A stretch of 64,000 nt of DNA from an uncultured Gemmatimonadales bacterium (lineage in GTDB: Bacteria > Gemmatimonadota > Gemmatimonadetes > Gemmatimonadales > Gemmatimonadaceae). The notes under the pieces are model-generated. The model saw nothing but the letters and a program-made list of their open reading frames with translations, was not told where the DNA came from and did no database searches. The position numbers and the translations under genes are program-made. The stretch lies in contig CAVPQB010000004.1 in NCBI GenBank assembly GCA_963707505.1, positions 1,344,001 to 1,408,000 of the forward strand, in the 5' to 3' direction. Shown piece by piece: positions 19,286 to 31,150 of this stretch (its first letter is position 1; the number at the start of each line of letters is the position of its first letter).

Positions 19286-20640
19286 ACAATCTCCACTTGA
19301 GTCTGCACGACTGTCTTGTCTATCAGGGCCGGCCAGTATGCAACGATCTCTTCCACTTTCGGTCGCCCGCCGGCGAAACCGGTGACGCCCGGTGGCCCGT
19401 TCAACACGAGGGGAGCGATCTCGCGCGTAAAGCGTTCGACGGTTGCACGATCATCTGACCGCACACCGACGCGAAGCTGGATTTCGGGTGCGTTCCTCCC
19501 TGCATCGCCGGCGAGTGGGCCATGCGTGGCCGATGCACCGACGAATTCAGTGAGAATCTCGTCGAAGCGCAGGCCCAGACGATCGAGTCGCTCGCGCAGG
19601 ATACGGTCGGCGAGCTGCGCCTTTTCCAGCGCGTCAGGCCACGAATAAACGAGCGTGCCAACTGCCTTGTATCCGGACTTGTATGCGATCGACACCTTCA
19701 GCTTGTCAGTCGGCGCGTAGCCCTTGATTCCGAATACGCGAACGCGGTCCGGTCCCGCGTCCTCGATGCGAATCGTGGAGAAATCGGCAATCACGTCCGG
19801 CGTGATGTAGCCGTGCGGATCGCCCATCTCGTACACGAGCTGCTCCGACACGGTCTGCACCGACACACGTCCCCCGGTGTTCGGATGCTTGGTGACGACA
19901 AAGCTGCCGTCTTCGTATGCGTCGGCGACAGGATAGCCGACGTTGGCAAGATCCGGAATGTTGCGCCAGTCATACTGGCAGTTGCCGCCGGAGCTCTGCG
20001 CACCGCACTCGAGTATGTGGCCCGCAACGATCCCGGCAGCGAGCCGGTCGTAATCCGTGTCTGCCCAGCCGTATTCGAACCGGATGGGAGCCATCGTGAG
20101 CGCTGTATCGGTGGAGCGTCCTGTAATGACGACCTGCGCCTTGCGGGACAGCGCCTCGACTATCGGTTTCGAGCCGATGTACGCGTTCGCTGAGAGAACG
20201 CGATCACGCACTGTTTCGAGCGGCTCACCGGTTTCCATGTGCGCCAGCGCATGTCCCTGCTGCACCAGCTCGTTCAAACGTGGCAGAAGATCGTCGCCAG
20301 TTACCACGCCAATGCGCAGGGACTTGCCGCGCTTCTTCGCGACGCCCTGAATGGCAGCCGCGCACGCGGGCGGATTCACCCCTCCCGCATTCGCAATTAC
20401 ACGCACACCGCGCTCGGTCACCGCGTCCAGCACCGAATCCATTGCACCGACAAAATCACGCGCGTAACCCATCGCGGGATCACGCTCCTTCTGCTTCTGC
20501 AGAATCGACATGGTGACCTCGGCGAGATAGTCGAGCATCAGATAGTCGACCGGTCCGTTCTCCACCTGTTGGCGAGGAGCGTCGAGCGAGTCACCCCAGA
20601 ATCCCTGGCCGCTTGCGACGCGGACTACGCGTTCAGTCAT
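19282..20640 (-). CDS. AtuA family (DUF1446) protein
   Basis: GFWGDS, DYLAEVTM, ANAGGVNP, AGHILECG, YITPDV. Confidence 0.88.
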   Translation of the reverse strand: MTERVVRVASGQGFWGDSLDAPRQQVENGPVDYLMLDYLAEVTMSILQKQKERDPAMGYARDFVGAMDSVLDAVTERGVRVIANAGGVNPPACAAAIQGVAKKRGKSLRIGVVTGDDLLPRLNELVQQGHALAHMETGEPLETVRDRVLSANAYIGSKPIVEALSRKAQVVITGRSTDTALTMAPIRFEYGWADTDYDRLAAGIVAGHILECGAQSSGGNCQYDWRNIPDLANVGYPVADAYEDGSFVVTKHPNTGGRVSVQTVSEQLVYEMGDPHGYITPDVIADFSTIRIEDAGPDRVRVFGIKGYAPTDKLKVSIAYKSGYKAVGTLVYSWPDALEKAQLADRILRERLDRLGLRFDEILTEFVGASATHGPLAGDAGRNAPEIQLRVGVRSDDRATVERFTREIAPLVLNGPPGVTGFAGGRPKVEEIVAYWPALIDKTVVQTQVEIV

Positions 20641-20647
20641 TGTATGA

Positions 20648-22239
20648 TCAGGCTATGTGCGTTGGAAGAACGAATGGTCCGAGATGCGGACCGGGATTGT
20701 TGAGCGATGCCGTCAACGCGGTAATGATGGCGGCACGAGTGTCTTCAGGGTGAATTATCGCGTCCACGTAGCCACGCGCTGCGGCGTAACGCGCATCGAG
20801 CTGATGTTCGTAATCCGCGCGCATCTCGTCGACGGCAGCAGACACTTCATCCTTCAACTCACCGCCGGCCTTGCGTGCGGCGTCGATCGCGGGACCGTGC
20901 ACCGCCTGAATCGCGGCCTCGCCCTCCATCACGCCCATACGTCCCGTTGGCCAGGTGAATACGAAGTCCGGATCGAAGCCCTGCGCGGCCATCGCGTAAT
21001 AACCCGCGCCGGATGCGTGATTCACCGTAAGCACGATCTTCGGCACGCGAGTCGTCGCCATCGCTTCGACGAGTCGCGCCCCCGCACGAATGATTCCTTC
21101 GTGCTCGGCTTCCGGCCCAACCATGAAGCCGGACACGTCCTGCACGAACAGAATCGGAATACGCTGACGATCACAACGGTCGATGAAGTAGGCCATCTTC
21201 TCGGCGGATTCCGCGTAGATGATTCCGCCGAACCGTGGCTTCTCGCCGGCGCGTCCCTTCACCAGCCCGCGCTGGTTGGCGATGACAGCGACCGGGATTC
21301 CACCGATGCGTGCGTCGCCGCAGATCACTTCCTTCGCCAGCTCGCCCTGAAATTCATCCAGCGCGCCGTCATCGACTATGAGCCTGAGCAGGGCATGCAT
21401 GTCGTACGACATGCGATGATCGGTTGGCAGGAGGTCCGCGATCGCCGCATCTGTGCTCGCCCGTTCGACGGGCGCCGCCACTGCAGGACGCGGCAGGCGC
21501 GAGATCAGCTCGCGGATCTTGGCGATGCACGAAGCGTCGTCATCGACGGCATAATGCGCGACACCGCTCACCTGCGTGTGCGTGTCGGCACCGCCGAGTG
21601 TTTCGCTGTCGATTACCTGGCCCGTTGCGCCCTTTACGAGGTTGGGCCCGCCGAGTCCCATGAAGGACGTTCCCTTCACCATGAGAATGACGTCGGACAA
21701 GGCGGGGAGATACGCGCCGCCCGCGATGCACTGCCCCATCACGGCCGCGATTTGCGGGATGCGCAGGTAACGTCGCATCACCGAGTTGTAATAGAAGATG
21801 CGACTCGCACCGAACTGGCCCGGAAATACTCCGCCCTGATACGGCAGATTCACTCCTGCAGAGTCGACCAGATATACGATCGGGATCGTACACCGCATCG
21901 CAATTTCCTGCGCGCGCAGAATCTTCCTGATCGTCTCAGGCCACCACGAGCCCGCCTTCACGGTCGGATCGTTTGCGACTACCACGACCTCGCGACCATC
22001 GACTACTGATAAACCAGTTACAACGCCGGCCGACGGTGCCTGCCCGTCATACTGATCGTACGCGACGAGCAGGCCAATCTCGAGGAAGCTGCTTCCCGGA
22101 TCACACAACAGCCTGACTCTTTCACGCGCCGACAGCTTGCCCTGCGCATGCAGCTTCTCGATCTTCCTTGCGCCGCCGCCCTGCTCGAGTTTGCTCTCGA
22201 GCTCCCGAAGGTCGGTGTCGAGCGAATGCAGCCGAGACG

Positions 22240-22243
<4 letters not shown>
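20648..22243 (-). CDS. Acyl-CoA carboxylase carboxyltransferase (beta) subunit
   Basis: [33 protein letters not shown]. Confidence 0.92.
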
Positions 22244-22665
<422 letters not shown>

Positions 22666-22668
22666 GGG

Positions 22669-24333
22669 TTAGAAGAACACGGGCTCGCGATACGCGCCAA
22701 ACACTTCTTCCATGGCGGCACGTATCTCGTACAGCGTACAGTAGGTGCGAGCGCAGTCGAGAATGAACGGCATCAGATTGGCGTCGGTCCGAGACGCTTC
22801 GCGCAGCGCGGCAAGACGCGCTTCCACGAGCTTGTTGTCACGCGACGCGCGCATCTGCGCCATTCTCGCACGCTGCTCACTCTCGGCGGCCGCGCTCACC
22901 TTGAGCAGTGGAATCGTGAGCTCGCCCTCTTCGGTGACGAACTCGTTCACGCCGACGATGGTGCGCCGATGCTGCTCGATCTCCCACTGCTGACGTGACG
23001 ACGATTCGGCGATCTTGCGTTGCAGCCATCCGGTCTCCAAACCGTGCACGACGCCGCCAACTTCGGCGATCTGCTCGAACAACGCCTCTGCTTCCTGCTC
23101 CAGCTTGTCCGTCAGAGCTTCCACGTAGTACGAGCCGCCCAACGGGTCAGCGACATTTGGGACACCGGTCTCGTAAGCGAGCACCTGCTGAGTGCGAAGC
23201 GCGACCTGCACCGCCTGCTCGGTCGGCAGAGCAAGTGTCTCGTCCATCGAGTTCGTGTGCAGCGATTGCGTGCCGCCCAGCACCGCGGCCATGGCCTGAT
23301 ACGCGACGCGCACGATGTTGTTCATCGGCTGTTGCGCAGTGAGTGTCACGCCGGCCGTCTGCGAGTGAAAGCGCATGATGAGCGAGCGCGGATCCTTCGC
23401 GCCAAAGCGCTCCTTGAGATGGCGCGCCCAGATGCGCCGCGCCGCACGCAGCTTCGCGATCTCCTCGAAGAAGTCGTTGTGGATATCCCAGAAGAACGAC
23501 AGGCGCGGTGCAAAGTCGTCCACGTCCAGGCCACGCGCGAGGCCACGCTCGACGTAAGTGAAGCCGTCAGCAAGCGTGAACGCAAGCTCCTGCGCAGCGG
23601 TGGCGCCGGCTTCGCGAATGTGATATCCGGAGATCGAGATCGTGTTCCAGAGCGGAACGTGCTCCGCAGACCACGCGAAGTTATCGACTATGAGACGCAG
23701 CGCGGGCTCGATGGGGTAAACCCACGCGTGCTGCGCCATGTACTCCTTGAGGATGTCGTTCTGAATCGTTCCGCGCAATTCCTTGATGTCCACGCCCTGC
23801 TTCTCGGCAGCAGCAACATAGAACGCGAACAGAATTACCGCGGGGCCGTTGATGGTCATCGACGTCGAAACCTTATCGAGCGGAATCCCCTCGAAAAGCG
23901 TCTCCATGTCGGCGAGACTCGAGATCGCGACGCCGCACTTGCCAACCTCCCCCTCGGAACGTGGATGGTCCGAGTCGTAACCCATCAGCGTCGGAAAATC
24001 GAACGCGACCGAGAGACCGGTCTGCCCATGCGACAGGAGATATTTGTAGCGCGCGTTGGTTTCGGGTGCAGTGCCGAATCCGGCGAATTGCCGCATCGTC
24101 CACAGCTTGCCGCGATATCCGGTTGCGTGTATGCCACGTGTAAAGGGATAGTCGCCGGGCAGCTCCAGTGCAGATCCGTCGCCCGCGACGTCGAGCGCCG
24201 TGTAAACCGGATCGACGACGTCGCCGGAATTCGCGAATAGCGCGTTGCGTTTTTTCGCGGCGTCGAATCGCGCACGCCACTGGGCGACTTCCTCGCGCAG
24301 TCTGTCAAGCTCCAACATCTCAGCCGTCGTCAT
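22669..24333 (-). CDS. icmA: Acyl-CoA mutase large subunit, isobutyryl-CoA mutase-type residues
   Basis: [10 protein letters not shown] (Phe), DILKEYMAQ (Gln), [10 protein letters not shown]. Confidence 0.8.
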   Translation of the reverse strand: MTTAEMLELDRLREEVAQWRARFDAAKKRNALFANSGDVVDPVYTALDVAGDGSALELPGDYPFTRGIHATGYRGKLWTMRQFAGFGTAPETNARYKYLLSHGQTGLSVAFDFPTLMGYDSDHPRSEGEVGKCGVAISSLADMETLFEGIPLDKVSTSMTINGPAVILFAFYVAAAEKQGVDIKELRGTIQNDILKEYMAQHAWVYPIEPALRLIVDNFAWSAEHVPLWNTISISGYHIREAGATAAQELAFTLADGFTYVERGLARGLDVDDFAPRLSFFWDIHNDFFEEIAKLRAARRIWARHLKERFGAKDPRSLIMRFHSQTAGVTLTAQQPMNNIVRVAYQAMAAVLGGTQSLHTNSMDETLALPTEQAVQVALRTQQVLAYETGVPNVADPLGGSYYVEALTDKLEQEAEALFEQIAEVGGVVHGLETGWLQRKIAESSSRQQWEIEQHRRTIVGVNEFVTEEGELTIPLLKVSAAAESEQRARMAQMRASRDNKLVEARLAALREASRTDANLMPFILDCARTYCTLYEIRAAMEEVFGAYREPVFF

Positions 24334-25394
24334 GCATCGACTCCAGTCAACAAGGGACCGCTCCGTCTCAGCAACTCGTCCGCAACGCTGAACGGCGTTG
24401 TCGCTCCGGATTCCAGCAGGTCGAGCTGCGCGTCAAGCCATACGTTGGTCTCCGGGTCGTCCCAGAGCCTGTTGCGAACCCGCTCGGCTACAACTTCAGC
24501 GACCTGATTCCGAAGCCGGATGCGCCGGCGCCCCTTCAGTGCGCCTGACGTCTCAAGATAACGAAAGTGACGCGCCACGGCGGCCAGCAGCAGGTCGATA
24601 CCCTCGCCCCGGGATGCGATGGTTCCCAGTACGGGCGGCGTCCATTGCTCGGGATCTTCCGCTTTGGCAGCCTCGCGCGCTATCCGGATCGGGTTGAAAG
24701 TCTTGAGCTGCACACCGTGATGTGCGGGAACGCTGCCGGTCGAGCCCCGTCGCAGGCCGAGCATCAGCTCGATGTCGTTGCGCAGACGGTCGGCGCCGGG
24801 ACGGTCACCCTTGTTGACGACGAAGATGTCGGCGATCTCCATCACGCCGGCCTTCAACGTCTGGATCGAGTCGCCCGATTCGGGCACGAGAACGACGACC
24901 GTAGTATCAGCAGTGCGTGCGATGTCGAGCTCCGTCTGCCCGACACCCACCGTTTCGATGATGATTCTGTCGAACCCGAACGCGTCGAGCACATCCGCAA
25001 CCTCCGCCGTCCGCGCGGAAAGGCCGCCAAGCGATCCGCGCGTCGCCATCGATCGGATGTACACACCAGGATCGAGCGCTACGGACTCCATCCGCACGCG
25101 ATCGCCGAGCAGCGCGCCGCCGGTGAACGGTGAAGTTGGATCGACAGCAATCACGCCAACGGTGTGCCCTTCCTGCCGCAGCGACTGCACGACCAGATTC
25201 GTAACCGTACTCTTGCCCGCACCCGGTGGCCCCGTAATTCCCAGACGCTGCGCACGACCAATGTGAGGGTGCAGCCTCGCCATGAGCTCGTCATAACCGG
25301 CGCGATGATTCTCGACGATGCTCACCGCGCGCGCGAGAGCCGCCGACTTGCCAGCCTCGAAGTCCGCGATGAGCGCATCAAACGACTGAGGCAA
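24330..25394 (-). CDS. meaB: MeaB/ArgK GTPase chaperone of B12 mutase
   Basis: [39 protein letters not shown] start after AGGAGG. Confidence 0.92.
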   Translation of the reverse strand: MPQSFDALIADFEAGKSAALARAVSIVENHRAGYDELMARLHPHIGRAQRLGITGPPGAGKSTVTNLVVQSLRQEGHTVGVIAVDPTSPFTGGALLGDRVRMESVALDPGVYIRSMATRGSLGGLSARTAEVADVLDAFGFDRIIIETVGVGQTELDIARTADTTVVVLVPESGDSIQTLKAGVMEIADIFVVNKGDRPGADRLRNDIELMLGLRRGSTGSVPAHHGVQLKTFNPIRIAREAAKAEDPEQWTPPVLGTIASRGEGIDLLLAAVARHFRYLETSGALKGRRRIRLRNQVAEVVAERVRNRLWDDPETNVWLDAQLDLLESGATTPFSVADELLRRSGPLLTGVDA

Positions 25395-25821
25395 GGATCT
25401 CCTCCTGACGGCGCCACATATTGCCGGTGGTGCGGTGAGATCCTTCCGCATGGGTGTATCCAAGAACATGCAACGTGCCGTGTACAACGAGCCGTGTCAG
25501 CTCCTCGCGAATACCAACGCCGTTCTCGATCGCATTGCGGCGCGCGACGTCCGGCGCAATGTAGATGTCACCGAGTATCGCACGGCGCGATGACCGCGTC
25601 TGCCGGCCGTCCAGCTCGAAGGTGATGACATCCGTTGCACCGGAGTGGCCGAGAAACTGTCTGTTCATTCGTGCAATTGCGGCGTTGCGGATGAACGCAA
25701 CGGAGATCAGCGCCTCGTTCACTCGCTCGTGACGGCACACGGAGCGAACGATCTCGCGCACCCGCTGTTCGGACAGGGCGATTCGCACTCCGTCGCGTGA
25801 TACGTCGACGGCTACGCTCAC
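25378..25821 (-). CDS. ybeY: rRNA maturation endoribonuclease YbeY
   Basis: TDVITF, LGDIYI, HGTLHVLGYTH. Confidence 0.93.
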   Translation of the reverse strand: MSVAVDVSRDGVRIALSEQRVREIVRSVCRHERVNEALISVAFIRNAAIARMNRQFLGHSGATDVITFELDGRQTRSSRRAILGDIYIAPDVARRNAIENGVGIREELTRLVVHGTLHVLGYTHAEGSHRTTGNMWRRQEEILASVV

Positions 25822-26855
25822 GCGCTCGCGCGCGAATCGGGTTTCGGCGCGATGGCCAGCGGCCGCACCGGCGACGGATACTCGATACGGCCGTGGAACA
25901 TACCGGTCAGGATGCGCACGAACTGCTCGCGCACTATGCTGAGCTGACGCAGCGTGATTGGTGCGTCAGCGAGCTGCCCTTCCTCCATCCGCTCGGCGAT
26001 TGTCGCTTCCACCATCGTACGTATCGCCACCGGCGTCGGGTCGGCCAGCGCTCGGACCTTCGCCTCGGCCGCATCCGCAAGCATGCAGATTGCCGTTTCC
26101 GCGCTCTGTGGAATCGGACCCGGATACGAATATTCGCTCGCGTTCACCGAGTCGTCCCGCTCGCGCGCCTTGGCCAGGAAGTACGCGATCGGAAGCGTTC
26201 CATGATGTTCGGCGATGAACGCGCGTATGGGACGCGGAACCCCGTTCTCCTTGGCCAGCTCGATGCCGTCCCGAACGTGCGAGCGTATGATCGAGGCGCT
26301 CGTCGCCGGCTTGAGCTTGTCGTGCGGATTGCGTCCCCGCGGCTGGTTCTCGACGAAGTGCTGCGGCTTGCGAAGCTTGCCCACGTCGTGATAGTACGAT
26401 CCCACGCGCCCCAGCAGACCATCTGCACCGATGGCGTTGCACGCAGCCTCGGTGAGATTCGCCATCGCGATGGTGTGAGCGTAAGTACCGGGCGCTTCCA
26501 GGCTCAGGCGTCGCATGAGCGGCATGTTGAGGTCGGCCCACGCGAGCCAGCGGATGTGATCCGGAATCCGGCGCCACTGTTTGGCGCGATACACGAGCAA
26601 CGCGCCAACGGCGACAAAAAAGGCGGTGATCAACTCGCCCACGCGACCCGGAACTAAGATCACGACTGCTATGGCGATCGCGAAGGTCACGCGCGGATCA
26701 AGCAGTATGCGCGCGGTTACCGCGGCTATCTCGAGGATCACGTCGAGCCGCGGCGCGAAGGATGTTCGCGCAACTGCATCGTCGCGCTTGTTGCGATCTG
26801 GAGGGTCCGCCTCGTCCGCGGCATCACGCTCCGAGAGTCGTCGCCACAGATTCAT
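25818..26855 (-). CDS. Membrane-anchored HD (HDIG) hydrolase, PgpH-like C-terminal part
   Basis: APGTYAH, YYHDVGK, FVENQ, EHHGT, YPGPIPQ, LADAAEA; short hydrophobic N-terminus. Confidence 0.85.
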   Translation of the reverse strand: MNLWRRLSERDAADEADPPDRNKRDDAVARTSFAPRLDVILEIAAVTARILLDPRVTFAIAIAVVILVPGRVGELITAFFVAVGALLVYRAKQWRRIPDHIRWLAWADLNMPLMRRLSLEAPGTYAHTIAMANLTEAACNAIGADGLLGRVGSYYHDVGKLRKPQHFVENQPRGRNPHDKLKPATSASIIRSHVRDGIELAKENGVPRPIRAFIAEHHGTLPIAYFLAKARERDDSVNASEYSYPGPIPQSAETAICMLADAAEAKVRALADPTPVAIRTMVEATIAERMEEGQLADAPITLRQLSIVREQFVRILTGMFHGRIEYPSPVRPLAIAPKPDSRASA

Positions 26856-26859
26856 AGCA

Positions 26860-27816
26860 TCACCCCGTTGTATCCTCAGCGTACGCCTTGATGATGTCGC
26901 GCACCAGTCTGTGCCGCACGACATCAGCGTCGGTGAAGTAGAAGAACGATATGCCCTCGATTCCGGCAAGCACGCGCTCCACCTGCACCAGACCGGAGTC
27001 TTCACGACGCGGAAGGTCGATCTGCGTCTTGTCGCCGGTTATGACGACGCGTGAATTGACGCCCAGTCGAGTTAGAAACATCTTCATCTGCGCCGCCGTC
27101 GCATTCTGCGCCTCGTCAAGGATGACGAACGCATCGGCGAGTGTGCGACCGCGCATGTATGCAAGTGGTGCAATCTCGATCGTGCGCGTTTCGAGCGCCT
27201 TCTGCACGCGCTCTGCCGGCATCATGTCTTCCAGCGCGTCGTAGAGAGGACGCAGGTACGGATCGACCTTGGCCTGCATGTCACCCGGAAGGAATCCGAG
27301 ACTCTCGCCAGCCTCGACCGCCGGGCGCGCGAGCACAATGCGGCGCACGCGCTTGCGAGAGAGGGCGTCGACCGCAGCGGCCACAGCGAGATATGTCTTT
27401 CCCGTTCCCGCGGGACCGATGCCGATGACGATGTCGTTGTCGCTGATCTGCTTGAGATATTCCGCCTGCCCTGCGGTCTTGGGCTGGATGACCTTCCGGA
27501 TTCCCGGCAGCACGATCCGCTCGTCGGATGCAGTGCCATCCGGGCGCACGCCATCGAGACTCATCCGCAGAACGTCGTCCGCGGTCAGCGGAAGCTGGCG
27601 CTTGGCCTGGTCGATCATGCGCTGCGCAACCGGTTGAGCGCGGTCCAGCTCCTCCCGTGAGCCCGTGAGCGTCATGGTGTCGCCGCGAAGTGCGACGCGC
27701 GCTCCTGACTGACGCATGAGCTCGGTGAGATTCTCGTCGTTCACCCCGGCGAGAGTGAGCATGTCAGCGCCTTCGGTGGAGATTCTGAGCGCCGTGTTGT
27801 CGTCTGAAACGGTCAA
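26860..27816 (-). CDS. phoH: PhoH family ATPase
   Basis: GPAGTGKT, LGFLPG, AYMRGRT, DEAQN. Confidence 0.95.
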   Translation of the reverse strand: MTVSDDNTALRISTEGADMLTLAGVNDENLTELMRQSGARVALRGDTMTLTGSREELDRAQPVAQRMIDQAKRQLPLTADDVLRMSLDGVRPDGTASDERIVLPGIRKVIQPKTAGQAEYLKQISDNDIVIGIGPAGTGKTYLAVAAAVDALSRKRVRRIVLARPAVEAGESLGFLPGDMQAKVDPYLRPLYDALEDMMPAERVQKALETRTIEIAPLAYMRGRTLADAFVILDEAQNATAAQMKMFLTRLGVNSRVVITGDKTQIDLPRREDSGLVQVERVLAGIEGISFFYFTDADVVRHRLVRDIIKAYAEDTTG

Positions 27817-29594
27817 GCTTGTGCGGGTTTGAGATGTAGTGCAGCGAGCTCGTCGGCCGGAATCACGGTCGGCGCTCCCTCGAACAATGCGCGTGCGGCG
27901 GTCGTCTTGGGAAATGCGATGACATCACGCAAGCTGGGGGCCCCGGCGAGCAGCATCGCTATCCTGTCGAAGCCTAATGCAATTCCCCCGTGCGGAGGCG
28001 CACCTGCGGAAAGTGCCTCCAGCAGGAAGCCGAAGCGCTCTTCTGCCGTGACGGAATCAATACCGAGAAGAGATAATACCCGCCGCTGCAGCGCCGGGTC
28101 GCCGATGCGAATACTGCCACCGCCCAGCTCCGTGCCGTTGAGAATCACGTCGTACGCGAGCGCACGAACGCGTGCCGGATCGCTGTCGAGGAATCCGAAA
28201 TCTTCAGGATTCGGCGCGGTAAATGGATGGTGCATCGCATCGAGGCGTCCGGTCTCCGGATCGACCGCGAACATTGGAAAATCAGTCACCCAGAGCAGCT
28301 CGCTCACGCCGTCCGGCACCAGCGACATCCGGCGCGCCGCGTCCTGACGCGTGCGATCCAGTGCTGGATTCGAGATGTGATCCGGACCGGCCACCAGCAA
28401 CATGAGATCGCCATCCGACAACTGCAACGCGGCACGACCGGCATCGGTCAGAGCCTTTGCGGGTGCGCCATCGACGACACCGTTCGCGCACTTGATGCGC
28501 ATCAGGCCGGCCGCACCGGCGCTCCTGGCTGCGACCTCGATCTCGTCCACCTGCTTGCGTGACAGCGTCGCTCCGCCCGGAATCACTATCCCGCGCACGC
28601 GTCCGCCGGCAGCGATCGCCGAGCGCGCGATGGCGAAGTCGGACTCCGCGAATACGGACGTAACGTCGCGAATCTGCAAGCCGTATCGCATGTCCGGACG
28701 GTCGCAGCCGTAATTCTCCATCGCAGCCGCGTAGGTCATTCGCGGGAACGGTGTCGCAATCTCGACGCCGGCGACCGCGAACAGCGCCTGCAGCATTCCT
28801 TCTGTGAGCGTGTAGAGATCTTCCGGCGTGATGAACGACGCTTCGATGTCGATCTGCGTGAATTCCGGCTGACGATCTGCGCGCAGGTCCTCGTCGCGAA
28901 AGCAACGCGCGAGCTGGAAATAACGATCCATGCCGGAGATCATCAACAGCTGCTTGTACAGCTGCGGAGACTGCGGCAGCGCGTAGAACTCGGCGGCATG
29001 CAACCGGCTCGGCACAACGTAATCGCGCGAACCTTCCGGCGTCGGCTTGGTGAGGATCGGCGTCTCGACTTCCAGGAACCCGCGCGCGTCCAGAAATGCG
29101 CGCGTTACCTGCAAGAGGCGATGGCGCAGAATGAGGTTCGCCTGCAACGGCGCACGACGCAGATCCAGGTAGCGATACCGCAGCCGTATCTCCTCCGCCG
29201 GCAGGTTCGATCCCTTGGAGACGACCGGCATCGCGAGCGACTCCGCCGGTCCAAGCACGGCTATCGAAGTCGCCTGCACCTCGACCGCGCCCGTATCCAT
29301 GTCTGAGTTCGCCATGTTCTGCGGACGCAATGCGACGCTGCCCTCGACGCGCACGACGCTCTCGAGCGAAACCGACGACGCGGCTTCGATCATGGCAGCG
29401 GGGGTGAAGTCTGGATTGAACGAGACCTGAACCACGCCTGCGCGATCCCGCAGATTCAGGAAGACCATCCCGCCGAGGTTACGCGAGCTCTCGACCCATC
29501 CACCAAGCCTTACTTGCGATCCGGCATGCTCGGCGCGAATGGCGCCGCAGAGAGTGGTTCGCTCGGTTGTTGCGGGAAATTCCGGGGCGCTCAC
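27813..29594 (-). CDS. aspS: Aspartate-tRNA ligase
   Basis: PQSPQLYKQ, FRDEDLRADRQPEFTQ, HHPFT, PPHGGIALG; GTG start chosen. Confidence 0.96.
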   Translation of the reverse strand: MSAPEFPATTERTTLCGAIRAEHAGSQVRLGGWVESSRNLGGMVFLNLRDRAGVVQVSFNPDFTPAAMIEAASSVSLESVVRVEGSVALRPQNMANSDMDTGAVEVQATSIAVLGPAESLAMPVVSKGSNLPAEEIRLRYRYLDLRRAPLQANLILRHRLLQVTRAFLDARGFLEVETPILTKPTPEGSRDYVVPSRLHAAEFYALPQSPQLYKQLLMISGMDRYFQLARCFRDEDLRADRQPEFTQIDIEASFITPEDLYTLTEGMLQALFAVAGVEIATPFPRMTYAAAMENYGCDRPDMRYGLQIRDVTSVFAESDFAIARSAIAAGGRVRGIVIPGGATLSRKQVDEIEVAARSAGAAGLMRIKCANGVVDGAPAKALTDAGRAALQLSDGDLMLLVAGPDHISNPALDRTRQDAARRMSLVPDGVSELLWVTDFPMFAVDPETGRLDAMHHPFTAPNPEDFGFLDSDPARVRALAYDVILNGTELGGGSIRIGDPALQRRVLSLLGIDSVTAEERFGFLLEALSAGAPPHGGIALGFDRIAMLLAGAPSLRDVIAFPKTTAARALFEGAPTVIPADELAALHLKPAQA

Positions 29595-29709
29595 GCGGCG
29601 TGTTGGGGCAGTGCCGCGACCTGATGATATGATTGCATGTAGATCGGTTAAATTTATGGCTGGCAACGGCTTATGGTAGGCCCTTCGCACCGTTGCCCGC
29701 CGACCCCAC

Positions 29710-30789
29710 ATGCCCAAAATCAATCTTCTGAATCTCACGCCCGCGGACGCCGATGCGACCCTGGAGGCGTTCTTTCGCGATCGTGGCGAGCCACTGTATC
29801 GTGCTCGTCAGGTCGCGCGCAGGCTGTGGCAGGCGCCAGCCCGCTCGTTCGCAGACATCACGGAGCTGCCTGTTGCGCTCCGTGAAGCGCTCGAACAGTC
29901 GTTCGACTTGCCCGAGCTCAGCATTGCGGCGCAACAACTGTCGGCCGACGGCACGCGCAAGTTCCTCTTCCGCCTGGCCGACGGCGAAGCGATCGAAACC
30001 GTGTCGATTCCGGACGACGACAGACTCACGTTGTGCATCTCATCCCAGGCCGGCTGTGCGCTTCAGTGCGCGTTCTGCGCGACCGGCAAGATGGGCTTCA
30101 CGCGCAACCTGGAGCCGTACGAGATAGCCGCTCAGGTGCGAGAGATGGCTCTGCTGGACCCGCCAATCGCCGTCACCAACATCGTCTTCATGGGGATGGG
30201 CGAGCCGCTCATGAACTGGCGCGCGGTCGATTCCGCACTCACCATCCTGAACGATCCCGCCGGACTCGGCATCGGTTCGCGTCACATCACCGTGTCGACG
30301 GTCGGGATTCTGCCCGGCATCGTCGCACTCGCGGACCGTCCTGAACAGTTCCGGCTCGCGATTTCAGTGCATGCACCGACCGATGAGCTGCGTCGCAGCC
30401 TCATGCCCATCAACACGAAGTATCCGCTCGCTGAAGTGATCGAAGCCGCGAAGCGCTTCGACCGGCGCGTCACCTTCGAGTACGTGATGCTCGGCGGTGT
30501 CAACGATCGCGATGAGGATGCGCGCGAGTTGATGAAGCTCGCGCAGGAGTGCAAGGCGTTCGTGAATCTCATTCCGCTGCATCCTGGCGGCGCGGGTGAT
30601 TTCACACCAACCACCGCGGACTCCATACGGCGGTTCGCCGCCATGCTGCGGCGCGGTGGGTTGAGTGTCGCGATCCGCAAGAGTCGCGGAAAGGACATCG
30701 CCGCCGCGTGTGGACAGCTACGGGTAGAACGGCATCGGAGGCGGCGTCCAGTCGGTGCCGAGCACGACGGTGGCGTCGAGGTAGCGTGA
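29710..30789 (+). CDS. rlmN: 23S rRNA m2A2503/tRNA methyltransferase RlmN
   Basis: CALQCAFC, MGMGEP, DIAAACGQL. Confidence 0.95.
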   Translation: MPKINLLNLTPADADATLEAFFRDRGEPLYRARQVARRLWQAPARSFADITELPVALREALEQSFDLPELSIAAQQLSADGTRKFLFRLADGEAIETVSIPDDDRLTLCISSQAGCALQCAFCATGKMGFTRNLEPYEIAAQVREMALLDPPIAVTNIVFMGMGEPLMNWRAVDSALTILNDPAGLGIGSRHITVSTVGILPGIVALADRPEQFRLAISVHAPTDELRRSLMPINTKYPLAEVIEAAKRFDRRVTFEYVMLGGVNDRDEDARELMKLAQECKAFVNLIPLHPGGAGDFTPTTADSIRRFAAMLRRGGLSVAIRKSRGKDIAAACGQLRVERHRRRRPVGAEHDGGVEVA

Positions 30790-31150
30790 CGTATCGGGGC
30801 GAGTGACGACCTTGCCCCCAATTGCCTTGCCGATCAGCGCGGCCCACTCGGGATGATTGGATCTATCCAGTACGAGTGTCGGCGCCTGCGTCGTACGAGA
30901 ATTGCCCATCGCAACGACGTCGTAGCCGCGCGCGCGCAGCAGTAGCGTCGCGCGTCGCGCCGCACCGCGGGTCGCGCTCGCGTTCAACACTTCTACCTTG
31001 ATGCGCACGCCGAGCGGCGCGTGACCAATGGTAGTATCGATCTTTGCCGAAGATGCATCGGACGCACGTGCCGCGACGTTGATCGCCCTTTTTGCAGCCC
31101 ACGATCGCAAATACCGTAGCGATCGCCAGCACTACGGAACGCCGCAACAT
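30718..31150 (-). CDS. LytR C-terminal domain protein, frameshift near 31090
   Basis: VEVLNAS...GAARRA...DATVVLG; N-terminal anchor MLRRSVVLAIATVFAIVG in another frame. Confidence 0.72.

Noticed and set aside
22669..24333. Annotation as methylmalonyl-CoA mutase
   Set aside because: Specificity residues are Phe/Gln, not Tyr/Arg.
30718..30789. 72-bp convergent overlap of rlmN and LytR_C gene
   Set aside because: Tail-to-tail overlap of non-conserved termini, common in compact GC-rich genomes.
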